Below are positions 9,114-18,245 of a stretch of 64,000 bases of DNA, in pieces; positions within the stretch are counted from its first letter, which is position 1; the number at the start of each line of letters is the position of its first letter. Made by a program: the position numbers and the translations under genes. The notes under the pieces are model-generated. The model saw only the letters and a program-made list of their open reading frames with translations, was not told the origin of the DNA and made no database searches. This DNA comes from Candidatus Dormiibacterota bacterium (GTDB taxonomy: Bacteria; Chloroflexota; Dormibacteria; Aeolococcales; Aeolococcaceae), in assembly GCA_963718525.1 (NCBI GenBank), contig OY970355.1, positions 2,880,001 to 2,944,000 of the forward strand, in the 5' to 3' direction.

Positions 9114-10184
9114 CTAGGGGTAGGAGATCACGCAGGCGCCCTTGCCTGCGTTGGACAGGTTGCTCCAGAGCGACTGCACTGCGAATGTACCGGTGGAGAG
9201 CGTGATGTCGGCCGCGCCACCGGGCGTGCCGGGCTGGATCCACGCACACTTGTCACCGTTTTCGCCGCCAACGGGCTCGAACCACCCGCCGGATGTCAGG
9301 TTGGTCGCGCCGATCGGGGATTGCGGCCACTGATCGGTGAGCGTCTCAGCGTACTCGTGGCCCTCCACGATGCTGAAGCCGTCAAGCACGCCCGGCGTGT
9401 TGACGAAACCCGTGCCGCAGTTGGTCAGTTGGTCGCTCACATACGGCATGTTGGTGAAGGCGAGGTTGCCGCGCGGTGTGGTCACGGCGATGTCCTTGCC
9501 TCGCGTGAAGTCGTGCCACGCGCAGAAGCCGGACGTCGGAAGACCGAAGCCGCCCGGATGCGTCCCGGTTGGGCTGACGATGACGTACTGCACCGACGTG
9601 TTCGACGCCGGGGTCTTGTTGCCGAAGTGAACCGCCGCCCTGTCAGCCTCCTGGCCCAGTTGCTTGTTGGTCGCCTCGACCGGCGTCAGCGCCGAGACGT
9701 CCGCCCACACCCCGGCCAACGCCGTGGTCGCGGGGTGGTGCACGAATGTGGCCGTCGGGGGGCACGTCGTGGAGTTCTTGGCAACGCCCTGGCAATACTG
9801 CGTGGTGGACGTGCTCCATGTGTCCTGCGAGCCAAACAGCCCGCGGAGGAAGTTCTGCAGATACGGCGCCGCACCGACGGGATCGTTGCTCAACGTCACA
9901 TTGGGCCCCGATTGCCCGACGGTTCCCCACTGCGAGCCCCAGAACACGAGGTAGACCTTGGGGTTGACCTCGACGCCAACACCTTTGGTGCCGCCGTAGT
10001 ACTTGAGCAGTGCCTGGCTCGCGGCGAGGTGCGCGTGGGCTTGACCCAACGCGGACGCTGGCGCTCCGGAGGCGACGGGTGCGGCGCCGACAGGCGACGC
10101 CGGCATGACACCGAGAAACACGGATGCCGTTGCGGCCACAGCGGCAGCGGCCGCGCCTCCCGTTCGGCGGTACGGATTCGTCAT
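9114..10184 (-). CDS. Secreted protein, Phi-1/EXORDIUM-like
   Basis: Signal peptide; YYGG, VYLVFWG, FCAWH, HEYAETLTD, ENGDKCAW, VQSLWSN; GAGG RBS. Confidence 0.75.
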   Translation of the reverse strand: MTNPYRRTGGAAAAAVAATASVFLGVMPASPVGAAPVASGAPASALGQAHAHLAASQALLKYYGGTKGVGVEVNPKVYLVFWGSQWGTVGQSGPNVTLSNDPVGAAPYLQNFLRGLFGSQDTWSTSTTQYCQGVAKNSTTCPPTATFVHHPATTALAGVWADVSALTPVEATNKQLGQEADRAAVHFGNKTPASNTSVQYVIVSPTGTHPGGFGLPTSGFCAWHDFTRGKDIAVTTPRGNLAFTNMPYVSDQLTNCGTGFVNTPGVLDGFSIVEGHEYAETLTDQWPQSPIGATNLTSGGWFEPVGGENGDKCAWIQPGTPGGAADITLSTGTFAVQSLWSNLSNAGKGACVISYP

Positions 10185-10511
10185 TGACCTCTCTCCTCTA
10201 TCTGGACGGGGCAGCGCTCTGAGAACGCGTCAGTCGCTCCTCTACGAGGACTGTACACGGCAGGACCACAGAGAGCCAGCCTGGGACGCGCTGACCGCTG
10301 GCTGAAGTTAGCGGGCTGCGCTGATGAGCGGTGTACTCGTCCCGACCCCCAGGCGGCGAATTCGCTCCGAGCAGCCGCTCGGCAACTACTCTAGCGCCTC
10401 ACTTGGGCTGTACCTGCCGGCGCTGACGCCACGGGCGACCTCTGCACTCGCGCCGCCAGCCTGTGGTGTTACCGCGCCGGTCCGTCCGCACGTGTCGTGC
10501 ATGATGTCGCG

Positions 10512-11249
10512 GTGACAAGTACCTTGTCGGCCGCGCCCTCGTGGTCCGACATCGCTGAAAGGCTGACCGATGCGCTCCACCCGCTTGCGGCCCCGGTCGC
10601 TATCACGTTCCACGACGCGCCGCGCGAGGATATCCCCGCGTTCGGGGACGCGATGCCGGAGCCGATGACGGACGGGCGCACCGGCCGCGTCTCGGCCGGA
10701 TGCGTGTTCTGGATGCACGCTGCGGAGCGAACCTTCACCACTTCACCGCTCGATCATGGCAACTGCAGCGTGGGCAGTTATACCCATGGGCTGCTCAGCC
10801 TCGACGAAGCAGCCACCAACACCGATATCGGCGCTCTCGTCGAGTCGGGCTGGGTGAGTCCGGAGGTATTTGCGAGCATCCCGGCTGTCACCACACGACC
10901 CGCGTTCATCGCCTACGGTCCGCTCGCCGAAACCCTCACCAATCCGAGCGTCATCCTGCTGCGCCTCAACGCGCAGGGAATGATGATCGTCACCGATGCT
11001 CTCCCGGAGCTTCGGATCGAAGGCAAGCCGCAGTGTCACATCATCGCGGTGGCGCATGAGCACGGCCGGGTCGCTGCAAGCGTCGGTTGCGCTCTGAGTC
11101 GCGCGCGAACCGGAATGGGTGCTCACGCGCTGACATGTGCCATCCCGGGCGCGATGGCCGCAGACGTCACCGCGCGCGTGGAGCGAGCTGCGGGCGTCGA
11201 TGCGACAGTGACCCGCTACGCGGCCACCGACGCTCGGCGTTTCCGTTAG
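10512..11249 (+). CDS. DUF169-family protein
   Basis: PVAITF, AGCVFW, HGNCSVG, YGPL, PQC, SVGCALSRART; start 10497 or 10512. Confidence 0.75.
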   Translation: MTSTLSAAPSWSDIAERLTDALHPLAAPVAITFHDAPREDIPAFGDAMPEPMTDGRTGRVSAGCVFWMHAAERTFTTSPLDHGNCSVGSYTHGLLSLDEAATNTDIGALVESGWVSPEVFASIPAVTTRPAFIAYGPLAETLTNPSVILLRLNAQGMMIVTDALPELRIEGKPQCHIIAVAHEHGRVAASVGCALSRARTGMGAHALTCAIPGAMAADVTARVERAAGVDATVTRYAATDARRFR

Positions 11250-11289
11250 GGCGCAGACAGACAGAATTATCTGCGCTGGTTTCCGTCGG

Positions 11290-11859
11290 CCCGCGGAGGT
11301 GGGGCGAGTGGATCCAACGCTCGGTCCGGACCAGCCGCGGGGGGATCGGCCGGCACCGTCGCCAGCGTGGGCACCGGGAGCTTCACCCTCACGACGTCCG
11401 CGGGGCGGAAGGTGACCGTCGACGAGGCGTCCTCGACGGCTTACGAGAACGGCTCGCGCTCGACCTCGTCGAGCGCAATCACCACCGGCGAGAGCGTCCT
11501 CGTCGTTGGGACGACGAACGGAACGACGATCGCGGCCGCGCAGGTCGTGGTGCAATCCACCGGTGCCACGCCTGCAACCTCCGCTGGGGCAGGGGTGATC
11601 CCCTTCCAGCAGGGTGCCGCAACAACGTCGAAGCAGGTCGGTCAGATCCCGGCCAACTACAGTCAGGGATCAGGAACAATCGTCAGCGGAAGCACCACGT
11701 TATGACGCGACCGAAGCTGCGCTGGCCGCTTACCCCGGTGGCATCGTCGATCGTGTTGTGCAGCTGAGCAATGGGGAGTTCGAAGTCCACCTCATCGGCG
11801 TCAACTGGCCGCACCATATCTTCGTGACCCAGCAGTTCAAGGTGGTCGGCGCGAACTGA
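11290..11859 (+). pseudogene. 5'-truncated, frameshifted secreted DUF5666-like protein with PepSY-like C-terminus
   Basis: Frame 1 GTVASVGTGSFTLTT...VLVVGTTNGTTIAA continues in another frame as YDATEAALAAYPGGIVDRVV; shift near 11700; no start codon or signal peptide. Confidence 0.6.
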
Positions 11860-11954
11860 CAAGGTCGCTCGGATCACAAGACGACGTGCGACCAGGTTGG
11901 TGACGGCAACTCCTGGGGCGGGACTGGCGACGACGCCAAGGTCGGGCCACTAGG

Positions 11955-12506
11955 ATGTGCGAGATGAGGCGCACCGTCACGATTGCCCTCGGCGTTGCCT
12001 CAGTGCCGATCGGGGTCGGGGTCGGTCTCTGGACAGCTCTCCTGACGTCTTTGCCGTATTGTCCCGCCAGAGGCTTGGGAACGCTCGACCTTTGTGCGGC
12101 GCGGCCCATCTTCGACCAGCGATTCAGCGTTGCATGCGGTGCAGCCGCCGCCGTTGTGGTGCTGCTGGCGGCAATCCTTGTGCGCCACGGCTCACCGAAG
12201 GTTGCTGTCGCTGATCTTGCCGCTGCTGCGGCCGGCACATTGATCGGCCTCTGGACGTCGACGATCGTGTACCAGCCCTGCGGGCAGCATCAGCTTTGTC
12301 TCGGCTCCCTCGAGCAGCGCTTCACCGTATGGCAGAGTGCCTGCCTCGGCGCAGCCGTAACGGCGGTCATCGTGCTGATCGGCGCAGCCGTAAACGAGGG
12401 ATTCCAGCGCGGCAACCTCGACGCGGTGCGGAGGATCAAGCGCTGGCTCTTCGCGGACCTATCGAACGTCACCCCGATCGATCGGCCCCGTTCCCATCCT
12501 GACTAG
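11955..12506 (+). CDS. 4-TM membrane protein with a duplicated Cys-loop module
   Basis: GLWT..C..LC..QRF..AC occurs twice. Confidence 0.65.
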   Translation: MCEMRRTVTIALGVASVPIGVGVGLWTALLTSLPYCPARGLGTLDLCAARPIFDQRFSVACGAAAAVVVLLAAILVRHGSPKVAVADLAAAAAGTLIGLWTSTIVYQPCGQHQLCLGSLEQRFTVWQSACLGAAVTAVIVLIGAAVNEGFQRGNLDAVRRIKRWLFADLSNVTPIDRPRSHPD

Positions 12507-12579
12507 TCAACGACCTGTCCCACCCGCCGATCACCGGTGACTGCGACGGCCGCGCGATCGGTCTGGCAGAATCGCGACT

Positions 12580-14136
12580 GTGAGCGCTCGGGACGGGAGG
12601 CGACTGCTCAAGGCTCGATGGGCGCTCGTGGGGCTGCTGATCGCTTTCTTCGTGGCGAACGATCTCACGGTCGCTGTGACACAGCTCATGACACCACACG
12701 CAGGGCGTGTTGACTTCCACGTGTATTTCTCCGCAGCCCAGGCACTCGCGCACGGGCGATCCCCCTATATCTCTCCACCAGCGTGCTGCTTCAACCCGCG
12801 CGCCATGATCGGGTACACGTATCCACCGCTTTTCGCCTTCGTCCTCATCCCATTGACGCGGCTCTCCTTTGATGATGCCGGCCGCATCTGGCTCGCCGTG
12901 AATTACGTGTCGCTCGTTGGAATGTTCCTGATTGGCGTGAGAATCGCACGTCCGCGGCTCTCACGGGAGATCATCGCGTGGCTCGCTTTGGCGATGCTGG
13001 CCAGTCCCCAGATTGGCGCTGCCATGTACGGCATCCAAGTGGATCCGTTCGTGCTCCTTCTCGAAGCGGTGTTTGCCTGGAGTGTCGTGGCCAACCGCGC
13101 ACCGGCGGTCGGCGGCGTCGCGCTGGCACTGGCGGTGTGCATCAAGATCTCGCCGCTCCTCATTGCACCCGCCATCTTCCTGCTCCCGCGCGAGCGCGCA
13201 CTCCAGGCGCTCGGGGAACTCGTGAGCGGGCTGGTTGCGGGCGGACTCGCGATGCTGGCGATCTCCGGCGAGACTGTCTACTACTTCACGCACGTGCTTC
13301 CGAGCTTCTCCGGTGGACTCGTCACTCAGTGGGACCGCTCGCTTCCCGGGGTAGTGCTTCGGACGCTCGGCAGCCAAGGGCTGCATCCGGCAGGCGGTCT
13401 TGGTACCACGTTCCTTGCACTCGAGCTTGTCGCCCTCCTCGGCGTGTGGGTCGCGTGCTCTCGGGTACCCGGGGCTCCGGGTCGTGTTCTGACCGTGGCC
13501 GGTCTGCTCAGCGTGGTGCCGATCTTCCAGGGGGTCACCTGGGATCACCACCTGATCGTCGAGATCCTGGTCCTCATCCTCCTGGCGCCGCTGCTCCGAG
13601 CCGGATCGCTGGCCTGGATGCTTGCCGTGGGCGGGGTGTTGCTGAGCGGCGTCAATCAGCAGATCGTTGACCGATGGCTCGCTGCACGCGGTCTCGAGCC
13701 TCCCCACGGCTCGGCGCAACTGATCCTGTTCATCGCCGCGGCATCAATCGATTTGCTCGGCATGGTCGCCACGTTGAGCGCAGTGCTCGTGCTCGCGCGG
13801 CGGCTTTCCCAGCGTGACCCCGCCGGGCGGCGCACTCCCCGCCTGCGGCCCGATCCTGGGCGGCACATCCAGTCACGCGTGTTACAGGTCCTGGGGCGCC
13901 GCGCGCGGAGCCGGCTCAGGTTGGACTGGGCTTCAGAACAACACTCATGGTGGCGCTCACGGCGCACGCGATGGCCAGGGATGCCGAGCGCGAGCTCGCC
14001 GCCGGTTCGATGCCTACGTCACCAAGCCGATCGACATCGCTGCACTGCCAACACGCTCACGCGCTCTCCTCACTGCGGCGACGTAGCCGCTACGCGATCG
14101 CCACAGCCACGGCGGGCAGCATTCTCCCTCGAGTGA
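12580..14136 (+). CDS. GT87 (DUF2029) GT-C glycosyltransferase
   Basis: DFHVY..AA, SPY, YTYPPLFA, IKISP, WDHH; the tail after about 13820 is probably read-through into a decayed gene. Confidence 0.85.
   Translation: MSARDGRRLLKARWALVGLLIAFFVANDLTVAVTQLMTPHAGRVDFHVYFSAAQALAHGRSPYISPPACCFNPRAMIGYTYPPLFAFVLIPLTRLSFDDAGRIWLAVNYVSLVGMFLIGVRIARPRLSREIIAWLALAMLASPQIGAAMYGIQVDPFVLLLEAVFAWSVVANRAPAVGGVALALAVCIKISPLLIAPAIFLLPRERALQALGELVSGLVAGGLAMLAISGETVYYFTHVLPSFSGGLVTQWDRSLPGVVLRTLGSQGLHPAGGLGTTFLALELVALLGVWVACSRVPGAPGRVLTVAGLLSVVPIFQGVTWDHHLIVEILVLILLAPLLRAGSLAWMLAVGGVLLSGVNQQIVDRWLAARGLEPPHGSAQLILFIAAASIDLLGMVATLSAVLVLARRLSQRDPAGRRTPRLRPDPGRHIQSRVLQVLGRRARSRLRLDWASEQHSWWRSRRTRWPGMPSASSPPVRCLRHQADRHRCTANTLTRSPHCGDVAATRSPQPRRAAFSLE
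13835..14086 (+). pseudogene. Degenerate single-domain response regulator (DivK/CheY-like) remnant
   Basis: VALTAHAMARDAERELAAG then FDAYVTKPID in another frame (shift near 14005); eroded RPD..IQ upstream. Confidence 0.65.
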
Positions 14137-16585
14137 GTAAGCCTTCGAACGCAACCGGTTCGACGGCGGGACTGAAAAGGTAGCCCTGAGCAAAGTCACA
14201 GCCGTGACGACGCAGGAAATCCGCCTGCAACGATGTCTCCACGCCTTCGGCGACAACCTTGAGGTGGAGTACGCGTGCCATGTCGAGGATGCTCTCGGCC
14301 AAGGTTGATCCTGGGTCAGCTGACGCCAGCTCGTCGACGAAGATCTTGTCGACCTTGAGCGTGTCAAACGGCAGCACCCTCAGCCGTGCGAGCGCCGAGT
14401 ACCCAGTGCCGAAGTCATCGATGGCCAGGTGAAGTCCGAGCGCCTTGAGGCCCTCAAGCGTCGCCAGCACCGCCTCGGACTCGGCGATCACGACACCCTC
14501 GGTGAGCTCAAGCTCGAGGTTCGCGGCCGAGTAGCCTGTCTCCTCGAGGATTCCCGCCACACTTGCGACCAGGTCTGGCCTGGTCAGATTGCTTCCCGAC
14601 AGGTTCACGGCAATGCGCATGAGCGGCAAGCCGGCCTCCTGCCACTTGCGACCCTGCGTACACGCCTCGCGCAACACCAGGGCGTCGATGCGCTCGACGA
14701 GACCGAGTTCCTCAGCAAGCGCGATAAAGACAAATGGACCCACCGATCCGCGCGTGGGGTGACGCCAGCGAGCGAGAGCTTCAGCACCAATGATCAGCCC
14801 GGTTTTGAGCTCAACCACCGGCTGGTACTGGACGCTGATGCCGCCCGAGTCAACCGCGGCGCGGAGATCCTCGCCCAGCAGCAACCGGTCGAGAAGATCG
14901 CTGCGCATCGCCGGGGCGAATACCTGGTACCGCGCCTTCCCGCTGCGCTTGGCGAAGTACATTGCCAGGTCGGCATCGGCGACCAACGTCTGCAAGCCGG
15001 CCCGGCCGGCCGCCGAAGCGACACCGATGCTGACGCGCGGAGCGATGTCTCGCCCGCTGATCACAAGCGGTCGTTGCACTGATCCGAGAATGCGTTCCGT
15101 CGCGGCCACGGCCTCCGCGGCGTCCGTCCCATCAAGCAGGATGGCGTACTCGTCGCCGCCCAGTCGTGCCACGGTATCCGTCGGACGCACCGCGGCGACC
15201 AGACGTTCGGCGATTGCGACCAGGAAGGCATCGCCGGCTTGATGCCCATGTGTGTCGTTGATTCTCTTGAAGTCGTCGATGTCCACGTAGAGGACGCTGT
15301 TGACGCGCTCATGGCCGGCCATGGCCGCCGATCCGTGCAGTTTCTGGGTGAACAGGTCGCGATTCGGCAGTCCTGTGAGGGAATCATGCAGCGCCTGGAA
15401 CGTGAGCCGCTCCTCGTAGTCGTGGCGCTCGCTCACATCGCTGACGTTGATCACCATTCCGGCCACAGCCGCATCGTCGAAACGATTGGTGACCCTTGCC
15501 CAGACATGATGCCAGCTGCCGTCTCTGTGCTTGAGCCGAGCCTCGATGTCGAGCACAAACCCATCGCCCCCGGACACGCTCTGGTCCCACGCCTCGCCAA
15601 CTGTTGCCAAGTCGTCTGGGTGCACGATATTCGTCAGGCGCGTCGAGGCAACACCGTCGACGTCGAGATAGTCGCGGAACGAAGGTGTCGCGAATACAAT
15701 CTCTCGCTTGGCGTCAACGACGAGGATGCCATCACCGACGTTCTCGACGAGCGCTGCGAGGCGGCGCTCCCTCGACTGCACCGCGTCACGTTCCTCACCG
15801 AGTTGATCTGCCAGGTTGTCAAACGACTGTCCCAACTCGGCGATCTCGTCGCCACTTCCCGCAGCGACGCGGTGTCGCAGGTCGCCCGAGGCGAGCCGCA
15901 CGGTGGCTTGCTTCAGTGCGTTGAGCGGGCGCAGCACCGAGTGCGCGAGCCGGCTCGACAGCCAGAGCGCGATCGCCAACCCGAGCACGAGAGCGAGCAC
16001 CACCGCAATTGCCGATGTGGCCACTGCCGCGTCGCGCTGCTGCCGCAACCCAACCACGTGAGCGTCCCCGATTGCCTCGAGGGCAAGAGCGCGCGTCGTG
16101 ACCGCTTTCACGTCAGCGTCGAGCGTGTCCTCCAGCGTGCTCGCGGTCGTGGGGTCGACGACGGCGGATGCACCCAGCACCCGAATCGCCGCTCGGTGAG
16201 CGCCGGTTGCTGCCCACAGCGATGTCAGCGACGGAAGCGCCTGGAGCTGAGCGGCCGTCATACCCGGCCGTGTTTCCAGCGCTTCAAAGTCGGAGTCGAC
16301 CTGTTGCTCCGATGCGCTCATGGCCTTCAGATCGTCGACGCCGCGGCCGACCAACACATCCAGCGCCACGAGGCCGAAGTGCTGGATATCCTCGTCGACG
16401 CCGGACACCGCAGCACTGACCTGTTGCGCGGTATCGAGGGCTGTCGACGCGCGTGAACTCACCAACAGGCCACCTCCTGAAACCGCCGCAAGGCCCACGA
16501 GGGGGAGCAGCGTCAGAAGACCGGCCCAGCGAAAGCGAGCTCTGAGCCGTTGTCCCGTGAATGGATCGCGCCACCAGTGCATCAA
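14090..16585 (-). CDS. Membrane HAMP-PAS-GGDEF-EAL diguanylate cyclase/phosphodiesterase
   Basis: 2 TM, HAMP (DEIAELGQSFD), PAS (VHPDD), HDSLTGLPNR, RLGGDEY, EALARW, IDDFGTGYS, VAEGVET. Confidence 0.95.
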   Translation of the reverse strand: MMHWWRDPFTGQRLRARFRWAGLLTLLPLVGLAAVSGGGLLVSSRASTALDTAQQVSAAVSGVDEDIQHFGLVALDVLVGRGVDDLKAMSASEQQVDSDFEALETRPGMTAAQLQALPSLTSLWAATGAHRAAIRVLGASAVVDPTTASTLEDTLDADVKAVTTRALALEAIGDAHVVGLRQQRDAAVATSAIAVVLALVLGLAIALWLSSRLAHSVLRPLNALKQATVRLASGDLRHRVAAGSGDEIAELGQSFDNLADQLGEERDAVQSRERRLAALVENVGDGILVVDAKREIVFATPSFRDYLDVDGVASTRLTNIVHPDDLATVGEAWDQSVSGGDGFVLDIEARLKHRDGSWHHVWARVTNRFDDAAVAGMVINVSDVSERHDYEERLTFQALHDSLTGLPNRDLFTQKLHGSAAMAGHERVNSVLYVDIDDFKRINDTHGHQAGDAFLVAIAERLVAAVRPTDTVARLGGDEYAILLDGTDAAEAVAATERILGSVQRPLVISGRDIAPRVSIGVASAAGRAGLQTLVADADLAMYFAKRSGKARYQVFAPAMRSDLLDRLLLGEDLRAAVDSGGISVQYQPVVELKTGLIIGAEALARWRHPTRGSVGPFVFIALAEELGLVERIDALVLREACTQGRKWQEAGLPLMRIAVNLSGSNLTRPDLVASVAGILEETGYSAANLELELTEGVVIAESEAVLATLEGLKALGLHLAIDDFGTGYSALARLRVLPFDTLKVDKIFVDELASADPGSTLAESILDMARVLHLKVVAEGVETSLQADFLRRHGCDFAQGYLFSPAVEPVAFEGLLTRGRMLPAVAVAIA

Positions 16586-16778
16586 ATCTCAGGCCTCCAG
16601 TCACAGGCTCAGGCGGCCGCTGTGCGGCGCGAACCGGTGTACGTGCGTGCCGACGTCGCTCGTAGAAGAGTGTCCCCTCGCGGCGACCCGTCTGGACCGG
16701 TAGCGCCGTCTTGTCGAATGCTGATACACGCGCGTGCTGATCGCGGCCTTCGAATACGATCCCGGTGAACGAGAGTGG

Positions 16779-17066
16779 CTACGGGATCCCTGGGTTCTCG
16801 GTCTCGGAGCCGGGAAGAAGTTGGTGGAGGCCCAGGACGACCGCGTTCAGCAGCATGGTGTTGCCGCACTTACGGCAGATCAGCGCGATCGACGGCAGGC
16901 TCTGCCCTCCTCCGACGGCCTCGGGCCGTCGCTTCGTGGAGAGGAACACGAACCCATCTGCCAGCGTATACCCGGCTCGCTTTCCACAGAAGGGACACGC
17001 CCGCAGATCCGGGACCGCGGCCTGGATAGCACGCTCGATGGCAGCCTGGTCTTCTGGCGTCCACAT
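16779..17066 (-). CDS. Small Zn-ribbon-like protein (95 aa)
   Basis: CPFCG...CRKCG. Confidence 0.65.
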   Translation of the reverse strand: MWTPEDQAAIERAIQAAVPDLRACPFCGKRAGYTLADGFVFLSTKRRPEAVGGGQSLPSIALICRKCGNTMLLNAVVLGLHQLLPGSETENPGIP

Positions 17067-17121
17067 GTGGCGCAGGATAGGCACACTCACCGCCACGACG
17101 CTGAGGCGGCCATGCGAGCGC

Positions 17122-18174
17122 TCATCGCGGTTGGCGGCCATCCTGCTCGCGCTTTCGGCGGTACATCGCCTGGTCGGCGGAGCGCAGCAGTGTGTGTATG
17201 TCATCGCCGTCGCGCGGAAATGTCGCGACGCCGATCGTGGCGCCGACCGACACGGTTTTGCCGTCATAGGCGAGGACCTGGCGGAGCCTGACCTCAAGCT
17301 TTCGAGCCACCTCGACGGCCGTCTCGGCAGCAGCCATTCGGGAAAGGAGCACCGTGAATTCATCGCCGCCTTGACGCGCGACGGTATCGGACTCGCGGAC
17401 GGATTTGACCAGACGATCGGCGACCAGCTGCAGCACGACGTCGCCACCGTCGTGGCCGAGCGTGTCGTTGACCGCCTTGAACCCGTCGAGGTCGATCGCC
17501 AAGATCGCGAACGGTTGTGTGGTTCGTTTCGCTGCCAGCAAAGCTTGCGAGATGCGGTCGTACAGCAATACTCGGTTGGGCAGCCCGGTCAGGGGGTCGT
17601 GAAGCGCCTGATGTGAAAGCGTTTCGCGCTCGGCTGCGAGCTCGCTGTTGAGTTCCGTCATTCGGCGATCAAATGCTCGCGCGACTTGGATCAGGCTCGC
17701 GTCGCAGCTGATCCGCACCACCCGCAGCGCGTCGTTGAGTGGCTCACGTGGTGTATGCAGGCGCGTCGCCTCATCGCGGAGGATTTCACCGACCGTGTCC
17801 CGCCAGATCAAGTAGGCGCGTGTGATGTTCACCGTTGACTGCTCCAGGGACGCGGCGAGATCACCTCGCTCAGCGATGTACTGCATCTCCTCAGCCGAAA
17901 CAGGAACCCCGTATGCCATCCAGCGTGCGACCATCACGGTGGCGAGCCAGTTGACACCTCGCGATCGCTCGGTGTAGTCCGGATCCGCGGGACGGCCTGC
18001 CCAGCCATAAGCGGTGGCGCGCGAATAGCAGAGATCGCAGCACTCCTCTGCCCGGAGGCCGAGAGCGATACCAAGCGCTCGGCCCGCGTCGGAAACCTGA
18101 TTCGGGGTTTCGGCGTGGCTCGGCCGATGCGGGGGTCGATCCGTCTGTGGCACCGGCTGCATCTCGGCACCCAT
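17122..18174 (-). CDS. Diguanylate cyclase with helical N-terminal sensor
   Basis: HDPLTGLPNR, I-site RESD, RQGGDEF, ADQAMY; start uncertain (18162 or 18174). Confidence 0.9.
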   Translation of the reverse strand: MGAEMQPVPQTDRPPHRPSHAETPNQVSDAGRALGIALGLRAEECCDLCYSRATAYGWAGRPADPDYTERSRGVNWLATVMVARWMAYGVPVSAEEMQYIAERGDLAASLEQSTVNITRAYLIWRDTVGEILRDEATRLHTPREPLNDALRVVRISCDASLIQVARAFDRRMTELNSELAAERETLSHQALHDPLTGLPNRVLLYDRISQALLAAKRTTQPFAILAIDLDGFKAVNDTLGHDGGDVVLQLVADRLVKSVRESDTVARQGGDEFTVLLSRMAAAETAVEVARKLEVRLRQVLAYDGKTVSVGATIGVATFPRDGDDIHTLLRSADQAMYRRKREQDGRQPR

Positions 18175-18245
18175 CCTAGGTCTCCGCGCAGCGCGCCTCC
18201 TGACCGTGCCGGACTGTGTGTCCGATGTCACACCTCCGCGAGGTG

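Noticed and set aside
10190-10490. c-di-AMP (ydaO) riboswitch upstream of the secreted protein
   Set aside because: Only a vague GCTAAC-like fragment is present; the core conserved blocks are absent.
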